This document shows, piece after piece, positions 44,500 to 54,734 of a stretch of DNA of 64,000 bases. The notes beneath the pieces are model-generated. The model saw only the letters and a list, made by a program, of their open reading frames with translations. It made no database searches and was not told the DNA's origin. A program made the translations under genes and the position numbers. Each line of letters begins with the position of its first letter. Within the stretch, counting starts at the first letter, position 1. The stretch is from positions 2,046,001 through 2,110,000 of the forward strand of contig BCGN01000002.1 in NCBI GenBank assembly GCA_001599295.1. Reading direction: 5' to 3'. The stretch comes from Sporopachydermia quercuum (lineage: Eukaryota).

Positions 44500-47004
44500 A
44501 TGCTAGATAGGAAAACCAGAGTGGAAGATTCAAAAAATGAGTGGATNTATGAGTTCTCAACTAAATCAACAGCGCCAGCTACATCAACTACACCTATAAA
44601 AGTGATAAGATCCATCGATAAAACAAATTTCATACCAGGGGATGCTGTGACTATCAATTCTGACCCAATTCCTTTACTTGGGCTTATAACTTCATTCAAA
44701 TTAACATCTGCAAGCGCTAATGCTTCAATTTTATGGCTTCTTAATCCATCAGAGTTTCAAACTAAAAGACACGATGCTCAGGACAATGAATTATTTGTTT
44801 CTGACCAAATGGAAGAGATTCCTTTGAAAGCATTGATTTCACCGATTTCTATTCTATCGCATCAAGATTTCTTCAAACAGTTCCCAATGGGAAGAGTACC
44901 AAAGAGTAAACAGAAAAAAGTGTATTTCTGTAGAAGAGGCTGTTGTATAAATAGTGCTTGCTATACTCGACAGTTTTTATGGTATGATATTCTGAGAAAT
45001 CTTGGTTCTAATGATGTCCTGGAGTTTATTCATTCACGGGCATTGAAGACAAGAATGTCAAAAACTGCAACTCCGAAGACCGATAGATTGAGGAAAGTTC
45101 TATCAGATCAATCTGCAAAAAAGGATGTCGGAAAAGAAAAAGAGACTGAAAAAGAAGCTGGAAAAGAAGCAATGCTCTTGGAATCTAAAGCCAAACCTAG
45201 AGGGGATATAATGAAAAGTCCAACTAAGAAAAGACCGCGAGGAAGACCGAGGAAAGTTGAAAATGAAACCGAATCACCAGTTGATTCTCCANCTGAACCA
45301 AAACAGCAAAACAGTAAGGAAATCAAAGACAGCTCAGTGGAAGAACCTCCTAGAAAAAGAACTAGAACTCAAACAAGGCAAGCAATTAAAGCTGCTGAGT
45401 TGAAGGAAAAGGAAATGAAGAAGAAGAAAGAGGCTGAAACTCCAGAAATAGAACAATTAAAAGAAATCACCAATGCAGAGAATGCTAAGCCACAATTGGC
45501 TCGAGAATCCTCCTCAGAACGTACAGAACAGGCCGAACGCCACAGCAAATCTCCCGAACCTATCGAACCTAATGAACTTAATGCTGGCGTCATTGATCCA
45601 CCGAAACAGCAACCCAGCACAAAAACCGGAACTTCTACTCCGAAAACTCCATCTCCGAAGAAGCCTAAAGGAAGACTTCTTGTAACTCCGAACTCAGCTA
45701 ACCGAATCGTCCTAAAGGCTCCGTTGATGTCCCATAGACTTCCGGCTATTCGGACTGAGCGTTTTGGCTCAGGCGAACCTACCCAGATTTCTCCTTTGAA
45801 ATCGGCTAAATCTAAACTCCATTTATCATCAATTGCTGATTCTTTACCGTGCAGAGAAAACGAATTCTCTCAATTGTATCTGTCTTTAGAAGCAGCTATC
45901 AATTCATCTACTGGTTGTTGTATATATGTCTCAGGAACACCAGGCACAGGAAAAACAGCAACTGTACGTTCTGTTGTGTCCCATTTACATAAAGCACCTG
46001 CAGTTTCAGATTTCCAGTTCATAGAAATCAATGGAATGAAACTTACGTCTCCACATGCTGCTTATGAAATCCTTTGGGAACAATTAACTGGCCAAAGAGT
46101 CAGCGCTGATAACGCTGCCTTACTACTGGAAAAGCAGTTTAAACATCCTTCAAATCAGTCAAATCAACGAAATTCCGTACAAAGGAAACCTACCGTGGTT
46201 TTAATCGATGAACTGGATCAAATCGTAACAAAGAATCAAGCAGTGATGTACAATTTTTTCAATTGGCCTTCTTATCCCCAATCCAACCTCATGGTAATTG
46301 CGGTTGCCAATACTATGGATTTACCCGAGAGAATCCTATCGAATAAAATATCCTCCCGGCTCGGCCTGACAAGAGTGCTATTCCCTGGTTATACCCATGA
46401 ACAATTAGGAGAAGTGATCAGAATGCGTTTGAAAGCTATGGAACAGGCTGGAAATGCGGTGATGTCAGAAGAGGCCATTTCGTTTGCTTCTAGGAAAGTT
46501 GCCAGTGTTTCTGGTGATGCTAGAAGAGCTTTGGAAATATGCAGAAGGGCTGTGGAGATAGCACTGGATGAGAAAACGGGAAAGAACGTTGTAGCTATTA
46601 CTCATATCAAGAAGGCGATTTCTGAAACGACCTCTTCGCCTTTACAGATGTATTTGAGGTCATTACCTGTTGTTTATAAAGTATTTCTAGCAGCTTTTCT
46701 AATAAGAACAAGAAGAAGCGGAATTGCTGAGAATAACCTAGGAGAAGTACTAGATGAGATGAAAAGATTGAGTCAACAGCATTTATCAATTGGAGGATAT
46801 GAAAACGTTTATAGGATAATTTGCAGTGTTGGGAAGATAAGAATGCATGGAGTTGTTCATGCGATAGCTGAGTTAGTAGAGGCAGGACTTTTATTACAGC
46901 AAAGTACTGAAGGGGAGAGGAATATCAACGTTAAGCTGAATGTAGCCGAAGAGGAGATTAAAATGGCTTTAAAAGATGATATTTATGTATCAGGAATGTT
47001 GTGA
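44500..47004 (+). CDS. ORC1: Origin recognition complex subunit 1 (BAH domain, basic linker, AAA+ ATPase, winged helix)
   Basis: BAH-like DNELFVS...YFCRRG; LPCRENEF, Walker A GTPGTGKT, EINGMKL, Walker B IDELD, VANTMDLPER, ISSRLG and SGDARRAL. Confidence 0.95.
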   Translation: MLDRKTRVEDSKNEWXYEFSTKSTAPATSTTPIKVIRSIDKTNFIPGDAVTINSDPIPLLGLITSFKLTSASANASILWLLNPSEFQTKRHDAQDNELFVSDQMEEIPLKALISPISILSHQDFFKQFPMGRVPKSKQKKVYFCRRGCCINSACYTRQFLWYDILRNLGSNDVLEFIHSRALKTRMSKTATPKTDRLRKVLSDQSAKKDVGKEKETEKEAGKEAMLLESKAKPRGDIMKSPTKKRPRGRPRKVENETESPVDSPXEPKQQNSKEIKDSSVEEPPRKRTRTQTRQAIKAAELKEKEMKKKKEAETPEIEQLKEITNAENAKPQLARESSSERTEQAERHSKSPEPIEPNELNAGVIDPPKQQPSTKTGTSTPKTPSPKKPKGRLLVTPNSANRIVLKAPLMSHRLPAIRTERFGSGEPTQISPLKSAKSKLHLSSIADSLPCRENEFSQLYLSLEAAINSSTGCCIYVSGTPGTGKTATVRSVVSHLHKAPAVSDFQFIEINGMKLTSPHAAYEILWEQLTGQRVSADNAALLLEKQFKHPSNQSNQRNSVQRKPTVVLIDELDQIVTKNQAVMYNFFNWPSYPQSNLMVIAVANTMDLPERILSNKISSRLGLTRVLFPGYTHEQLGEVIRMRLKAMEQAGNAVMSEEAISFASRKVASVSGDARRALEICRRAVEIALDEKTGKNVVAITHIKKAISETTSSPLQMYLRSLPVVYKVFLAAFLIRTRRSGIAENNLGEVLDEMKRLSQQHLSIGGYENVYRIICSVGKIRMHGVVHAIAELVEAGLLLQQSTEGERNINVKLNVAEEEIKMALKDDIYVSGML

Positions 47005-47425
47005 GCGAGATATAACGGATAGGATGGGTATGAAGGTATCCTAGAGTTATTGGCCTTAATGAACTGTAAATAGTTAGGGAAAGGAAGTATGAAAGTTTGA
47101 TATATTGATGGTGTAAGTATAGCAGAGTGGGTAAAGTACAGTATAATAGCGTATACAACTAGCACCGTCTACTACTGCTGTTGGTACTGTTTTATTGGTA
47201 TAAGAAAGTAAATTCATACCAAGTGATCAAAATACGACAACCAACAGTCACTTTCATCAAAACACCTATTAAAAACACGGTCCAAAATCATCATAGTAAA
47301 TTCATTCTTTCCCATTGTTTATACATATAAACACTATCATAATGATGTAATTTCCTGTACTTTCATGTTCTAACATGTACTCTCTTATAACCACACTACC
47401 ACTTGATAACCAGAAAAAGCATCTA

Positions 47426-48212
47426 TCATAGATCATCAACATTTCTGAATAATAATAAAGGTTCACCAACGTTTGATATTTCGGAGATCGTAAGCTTGAG
47501 ATCAAAAGCTTTCGCCAGAATAATCTTAAATATCTTCTGCACATTCACTGAATGACTCGTTGAACAGAAAACGAGACTTGCCTTCATTGCTTTAGCATAT
47601 TTCTGGGCATATTGCGAAATCTCAGCTTGTTCTTCTGGCTTCATTTGAACAAATAAATCATACTTAGTACCAACAAGAAAAGGAATAGCTGTTCTATTGA
47701 ATCCACGGACTTGTCGATACCATTCTTTTATACTATTGAGCGTTGATTTTCTAGTTAGGTCAAACATGAATAGAATAGCTACAGCTTCATTAGAAACTAA
47801 CGGTAACATATTAATGAATTCTCGCTGCCCCCCTAAATCCCAGATTGAAAATGTGATTTCTGTATTACGAATGTTGATAGTTTTCTCCATGAAGTTTACT
47901 CCTAGAGTTTGTATGTAATCATCATCAAAGCATCCTTCAACGTATTTTACCATTAACGATGTTTTGCCTATCTGGGCGTCACCTATTAGCCCTATTTTCA
48001 AGGAAACGCTAGAGTATGTTGTTAGTATTAGTTTGATGAGATCAAAATGTGCAGATTGTTGATATTCATGGTATTATGGTGCAAATCTAAGCTGACGGTT
48101 GATACAGCTGAATGGTCTTTTGATAGGGATCAATGCAGTAACTAGCAGTCAGAACATCAAGTACATACGCATTTTTCTCAGGTTGAGATTTCTGCCTCAC
48201 ATCGTTCTCCAT
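47426..48212 (-). CDS. TEM1: Septation/mitotic-exit GTPase Tem1/Spg1, 2 exons (48212-48169, 48008-47426), 208 aa
   Basis: [56 protein letters not shown], GTKYD and CSTS motifs. Confidence 0.95.
48009..48168 (-). other. Spliceosomal intron of TEM1 (160 nt)
   Basis: GTATGT donor, TACTAAC branch point, CTCTAG acceptor; phase 2 restores the frame. Confidence 0.9.
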
Positions 48213-50217
48213 TTTTTATTTATAGTAATACTATGAATAATGATTTTGANACCAGTTGGTAGTTTGTAGATGATTGATGTTGATGCTATTGTTAAGGATC
48301 NCCTTTGATTATCTGCTGCTGTTCTTTCGATGTCAATCGGATATAGTACCGAAGCAGATTAATTGTGAAATCTTTCACACAGTCAAAATGAGAATACCCC
48401 AACAACAAAAAAAAACTGTTAGATTAGTTTCTATCTATATATTCTCTGTACTGTTATAACTTATCTACGGTTAATAGTGAAGATAATAATGGAAACGAAG
48501 AAAGACAGTCAAATCAATGAAACACCAATTTGGATAAGATGTTTACAATGGATTAAAAGAGACAANTTACATCATGTGATGCCTGGATACTCAAATAGGG
48601 AATATAATAGATTGACAAATACATTATTATGTAATCAATAAAATGCGGTGAAAACAATCCATCATCGCAAATAAATATCGTCTAATCAAAAATTAACTTC
48701 ATCCACATTTATCGGGTATTTGAACAGGGGAAAAAGCGTTAAGGCGAAAGTTTCACATGTCGGATAATGTTATTCCGATATGTGTCACGAAAATAAGTCG
48801 GAATGGTGGAAAAACAATTAATAATAGGAGTTCATAGGACAAAAGATAACTAAATATGGAGGGCAAAAGGGTAAATAGACTTGCTATACTTCAGAGGGAG
48901 GTTGTTTGATTAAATATACAGAACTAAATTGATAGTAACTGTTTTTGACTGTCATTATTTCCTATATTTGCCAAGCAGGTTACCAGATCATTACTGGTAT
49001 GGAATGTAGTGAAAGTTATCTCAAGTTCATTGACTTGAGATGAAGTCAGATGACAAGAGAAAGGAATTCAGGAATAGTAAGGGAAAAAAATCATCTCCTT
49101 TCAAAGTAGAAATAGACAACGTACCTCGTTTTCATATTTGAGTTTTTAATCCGAGGCTAGAAGGTCGAACCGTTCGTTGATACCTGAAGTTGAATCCGAG
49201 TACTCCTTTTCAATACTTGCTTGCCGGATACTTTCACGTTAACCCCCACTTGGATTTTCCATGCGTGGGTTCACTTTTCAGGAAGGTGACAAATTTCAGA
49301 CATGACATTCAAAAATGAAATTAAAAATGGAAGAAAAGCAATAAAAATTATAAACCTGTCCGGTCGGATAAGTGTTCATTTGATGGAACACTCTCAAAAG
49401 GCATTTCAATATTCCTTACCTTAATTAAATACACTATTGACCTACTGATGCAAGATTGTTGTACACCGTTGTTCCAGTCTTATAGAAGCTTTACCGTTAT
49501 TTTCCGTGCGATTCTGTTAATTATATTATTAGACTGTCAACACTTCTAATTATATTATCATTTGCTTCAATATAAAATTGAACCATATTATAGGGAGTAG
49601 TAGACTTTCCATCATTTGACATTCATTATGCCAAGCTGTCTTGGTTTGAAATATGTCAGTCAAAGAGAATGAAATTGTCATGACATACTCAGTTTGGATG
49701 TAAGGATGCGCTAGTTATAACCCCACATTCACATATTTGCTATTGTATATTTATACATTTAAAACCAATTGTTACTAGGACATATTGAAATGGTGAACTT
49801 AACACAATTTATCTTATCTTNAATAGAACTATTTCAATTACTGTACTAGATTGCACTCTCAACCAGCTGTAATTCGCTGAAGTCACTGGCCATTGAGTCT
49901 CCTGATATTCTCAACTTTTTCCATGACAGTAATAGCACTTTATTGTTCTTCTCCACGTATAAGACAAGCTATCTTACTTGTTCTTATAACAATTACATCA
50001 AATCGTTGAGAATAAAAAATACTGGTGTTCTTTGAACCCTCCTCTTTTCAACTACTTTTTTATTGTCATCAAGCACTATAATCGGTCAACTATGCTTGCT
50101 GTTCATGTGTGAGCAGAAATTCCGTGAAAACGGAATAGCTAACAAAATACGTTTAAAGTTAACGTTCCGAGACTAAATAATCATAAACTCTATTTTTACT
50201 CTACTTAAGCCTCAGCC

Positions 50218-50247
50218 TCAGTTTGGCCTACTGGAAGGCCAAACTGA
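50218..50247. repeat. Perfect 12-bp inverted repeat with 6-nt loop
   Basis: TCAGTTTGGCCT-actgga-AGGCCAAACTGA. Confidence 0.9.
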
Positions 50248-50666
50248 TTGTTTTACCGAGAAAATAAAGCAAGATATCTACGAAAAATGAATAGAATATG
50301 GGGAATAGTTGAACCAGCGGTGCAAGAACTATCTACAATTCTCTCCTTAATCTAACTGAGAATGAACAATATGTCTCTTTACTTTTCTGTTTGTTGAGGG
50401 GCCAGTAAATAACAACACCAACAGTAAATCATTGCATTTCTCCGAGGTTTCAACTTGTCCTTCCGTACATTTTTATTGTTATGCTGTAATAAGTAACACC
50501 AGAGGAAAGCCAATGCGATGAGAATGTTTGCTGTCTGGTAGGTACAACCGTAGTGTCAGAAGGATCCACTCAATTCAAGATGTCAATGAACATTTTGGTT
50601 TGAGTAGATGTCTAAAGATACGTTGAGTGTTGATTCAAAGAGAAAATATTTAGCCAAAAGGTAATT

Positions 50667-50692
<26 letters not shown>
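50667..50692. repeat. Poly(dA) tract, 26 nt
   Basis: Uninterrupted A run, probably a nucleosome-excluding promoter element. Confidence 0.9.
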
Positions 50693-50697
<5 letters not shown>

Positions 50698-51662
50698 ACG
50701 GTGAATCAACTTGTTATGACCATAAAGTATAATTTCAATTTAACGATTGTTCTGTTTCACATTTTAATCCCTAAAAAGCTACTACTTCCATGAATCAAAT
50801 CTTTCATACATCAAATATAGTTCTTATTTCATTCCGTCTTTTACCGATTGAGAGGAAATCTTCTTATATTATTTTACAATACTTTACACTCTATAATAAA
50901 ACTATATCCGGATATCAAACTGTGGAGAAGTTATCTCTCAATCAGGTATAATGAATTGTTGATTTATTGACTTACCCCCTCTTTACCCTAACGTTATACC
51001 GTACAGTACCATAACCGTTAGACATTTCTTTCTCTGAACTAACGAATGAACGACCGAACGGTAGAGTGTATTTACTATTCAACCTATATGTCAATGAGGA
51101 ATTTCTCAACTAGATAAACTTAGCAATTTTTTTTTTTCCATTATATATATGACATAAGTTTCCCTAATACATTATCGAAAACTAATTTACTGTATGTTAC
51201 TGAATCTACTATCAACTATCCATTGGAAAGAAATTTGTCAGCCCATAGTCAAAACTATGGACAATCAACTGAACAAGATCACCATAGCATATTATACATT
51301 ATATATCAATATAATGCTTGATCTGTATCAGAATTTACATTATAGCCAATATAACAAGCAAGAACTCCAATAATAACACAACTATCAACTGAATAGTACG
51401 CAATATTTTCAATCATTCATTCACGTTCATATTTCTATTTCTAGTTAATCCGAAACTCGGTCCTACCAAAAATCCAGTTCCATCTCCTCATTAAGTCTCC
51501 GCAAATCTGAGTGCAACCTTTATGCTTACCTAATCTTTAATTCAAATTGAAGTGGCCACTCGGAGAATCATTTCAGCAAGATTAGTTAGTATTGCATATT
51601 CATTGCATTTGACCCATAGAGAACTGGAAACCTTATAAGCCAATCAGATTGTACTATGAAAA

Positions 51663-53552
51663 ATGAATATCTCAACTATTATTCAAACAGATCTTTCAGT
51701 AGAAGGTTGTAATTATAATCAAGCTATTAACTCGTCATCGTCAAGAATCCAATGCCCTTCTCCTTCTCCTTCAAATTCCTCTGGTTGCGAAAGCGATTGG
51801 TCGTCTAATACTTCCATATCAACTATTTCATCCTCCTCATCATCATTTAATTCAAAGAAAAGAAATCTGAGGAAGATACAAATTAGAATTAATGAAACAA
51901 ATAATAAGCAGTGGAATACTTTGACTCGACAGGAAAANGAAGAAAAGATTCAACAGGCATTATCATTATTAAGACAAGATGAATACCTTAATGTTAATCA
52001 AGCTTCTCAAATTCTTAAGATTCCGTTATCAACATTGAGATATCGTTATAGACATAAGGATTCAGGTCCAATCTTCAAATCAAGAGTTGCTAAAGGTGAT
52101 GGTTTACTTACTTTGATGCAAGAAGATCAATTGACTAACTACCTGTTAACTCTTATACAATCAGGGATCGCAATCGATAAAAAGGAAGTGGAAAATATCG
52201 TAANGTTGATGATAATGAAAAGGAAGTGCGATGACGAGGATCCTGGTGCAACCCCTACTACTTCTCCATTAATATCTCCTACTAATTGTACTGTACCTGT
52301 TACTCGCAACACATCTTCAACCAATCCAGCCGCTGCTCATATCTCAATTGGCCAAAATTGGTTTTCAAAGTTTCTGAAAAGAAAGAATTTGCAATACAAT
52401 TTAACTCTTAAAATTAAGTTGAATGAATACGAGATGAACAAAGTANATCAAATTAGTCATTTCTACCGTTCAATTGAAAATATCAAAAAAGAATTTAGTA
52501 TTTCGGATGAAGACGTTTTCATGATGGATGAAATTTGTTTTTCAATTGTTAACTGGGGAGGAAATAATAGCAGTGTCGGTAATACCACTACTGACACGAA
52601 TAATGCTAGTGTTAATAGCAACAGGGCACTATACATTCTACCTGATATGTTTGAGAATAGTGGCGATAATATCACATTGATTGAAACAGTCAATGCAACT
52701 GGGTCAACAGATATTGCTCCATTCATCATTTCCAAAGCAGGTTTAAATGTCGCTGTTCATCCTCATATTACACCTTATGGCTCAGATACTGGACTGTTGA
52801 CTAAAGGACTATCTCTTGAATATTTAGTGCATCTTCATAAGATCGCCAACAAAAGTTCGCATAAATTATTATTGCTTGATGGGAACATCAATCATTTATC
52901 TTTTGAGTTCATTTCTAAAGCGAATATGCTAAATATTCACCTAGTTCATTATCCATCAGCATGCAACATGTTTATGAATCCAGTTGAATCAGTTATTGCT
53001 AATGATTTGAAAAGCTACATTAGTTCTAATCTGTCGTTAAGTAACTTGACTTATGCAAATTTACTAACGTGTTTGATGAATGCGACTCAAGGAAGAGAAT
53101 TGAAAGCAAAGAAAGTCAACTCACTGCTGCAAAAATCGATCGCAGATTTGGGAATCTATCCATTCAGAACGCCAACTAGAGAAATAGTAGCTAGACAATT
53201 GAGTTTGCATTCTGTTGATTTGACACCAGCGAATGCTAGGGAAAGCTTTTCTGTTATTTCAAAGGACGGATTTCAGTTTATTCCTGACTCAAGTGGTCAT
53301 TTACAGAAAATTAGATTTGGGGAATTGATCCCATTGCTGAATTATGAAGATAAGATTAAAACTCTAACAAGATACTTATCTGAACAATCAAGAGAAATAT
53401 TAGTTAAGAAAGTACCGGAGATGAGTTCTATGGAACTATTACTGGTTGTGAATGATCTGAATGAGTCGTTACCTGATAATGTGAATAAGGATGAAGTAAT
53501 TGAGCTGTTATATGGCATTTGTTCTCTTATTAAGTTTTCAAATTCTGTATAG
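51663..53552 (+). CDS. Fot1/pogo transposase-derived protein (HTH_psq, CENP-B-type HTH, DDE_1-like domain), probably domesticated
   Basis: IQQALSLL...NVNQASQILKIPLSTLRYR (psq HTH), LLTLMQEDQLTNYL...IGQNWFSKFLKR (Tc5/CENP-B HTH), DVFMMDEICF, NITLIETVNATG...PFII, LLLLDGNINH and NPVE. Intact 629-aa ORF; no TIRs seen. Confidence 0.85.
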   Translation: MNISTIIQTDLSVEGCNYNQAINSSSSRIQCPSPSPSNSSGCESDWSSNTSISTISSSSSSFNSKKRNLRKIQIRINETNNKQWNTLTRQEXEEKIQQALSLLRQDEYLNVNQASQILKIPLSTLRYRYRHKDSGPIFKSRVAKGDGLLTLMQEDQLTNYLLTLIQSGIAIDKKEVENIVXLMIMKRKCDDEDPGATPTTSPLISPTNCTVPVTRNTSSTNPAAAHISIGQNWFSKFLKRKNLQYNLTLKIKLNEYEMNKVXQISHFYRSIENIKKEFSISDEDVFMMDEICFSIVNWGGNNSSVGNTTTDTNNASVNSNRALYILPDMFENSGDNITLIETVNATGSTDIAPFIISKAGLNVAVHPHITPYGSDTGLLTKGLSLEYLVHLHKIANKSSHKLLLLDGNINHLSFEFISKANMLNIHLVHYPSACNMFMNPVESVIANDLKSYISSNLSLSNLTYANLLTCLMNATQGRELKAKKVNSLLQKSIADLGIYPFRTPTREIVARQLSLHSVDLTPANARESFSVISKDGFQFIPDSSGHLQKIRFGELIPLLNYEDKIKTLTRYLSEQSREILVKKVPEMSSMELLLVVNDLNESLPDNVNKDEVIELLYGICSLIKFSNSV

Positions 53553-54734
53553 AGAGAGTTTAGAGTTAATGTGATCAATGTAATATAATATAATATAAAA
53601 GTATACAAAGGGGTAATAAATGGGTAATACAGTGGTTTTTCTATTTCACATAAAGATATGATTCTAATGGCATAATAAGTAGGAGATTATAGTTATCTTN
53701 TTTTTGAGCGAGACAACCAACACTATTCGATGAACATAACAAATTTTTGTTTGATCTAAATCCTTTATCGTAACTATGTGTCTAGATGGTTTAAAACAGG
53801 TATAGTAAATAAAAAAATTAATGAAAAAAATCGGGCATTTGTTGAATATGATTAATGAAGATTTCATCTAAATTTAGCTAAAACTTTTTTTAGAGTTCTG
53901 CAGAGCAAAAAGCTTGCCGTTGAACCTTAAAACTGTTAAAACCTTTTTGTAATCTATCGAAATCTACAGTTTCCAGTAAACCAAAAAGAAGAACAATAAT
54001 AATCATTGCTACAAGCTACTGGAATACTGACGTGCTTTTTAAAATACAAGAGGGTATTGTGTAAATTTAAATTTGATCTTTTATAATTAGTTCAATTATT
54101 ATAGCCCCGTCCATCAGACTGATCAATAGAGATGACAAAGTAATCAGCAAACTATGCTCTAATCGATCTTAGCGTCAAACCTTAATTAACGTTAAACTCT
54201 TCTAAAAAAAGAAGCTTTCAACTTTATACTGGAATCGTTCTTGGTCTTGTGAGAGTACTATTTGATCTTCTAAACCTATGCTTGTTCATCCATACATCTA
54301 AGCCTATATTTGCTCATATACTCCTTTTAAGCCATTATGCTATTGTATTCCAACTCTCAACGATTTTGATAATGTCCACAATACTATATATATACTATCA
54401 ATGGTGATTTCGGTGCCTTGATGCAGACATCGTTGCCATTATTTGAATCTGCTCAGTGAAAAGGTTTCATTTTTCAATCATATTTTGCTCCCTATAGTGT
54501 GCGATTCATATCTCCAAGAGTCTTTCAGTTGCCTTTATGATATTTTAATAAACCAGTCAGGACATTTATTTCTTCTAGATTGACAGCTTCTTGATTTAAG
54601 TAGAACACATAAATCATCATTTCCTAGGCATAATCAGCACATAACACATCAACCAAATTTCAAACTATTGCCAGGCAATTACAACATTGTATACAAGAAG
54701 ATTGCCTTTCCTCTATTTCAAACAACAATGCATA

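Noticed and set aside
24860..45685. Many antisense or out-of-frame ORFs inside the large genes
   Set aside because: Shadow ORFs of well-supported CDSs, favoured by the locally higher GC content.
50667..50692. Poly(A) as the tail of a retroposed element
   Set aside because: No flanking target-site duplication and no upstream LINE-, SINE- or mRNA-like sequence.
51002..53640. TACAGT motifs near the pogo-derived ORF as TIR ends
   Set aside because: Both copies (about 51002 and 53627) are in the same orientation, and I found no inverted partner downstream.
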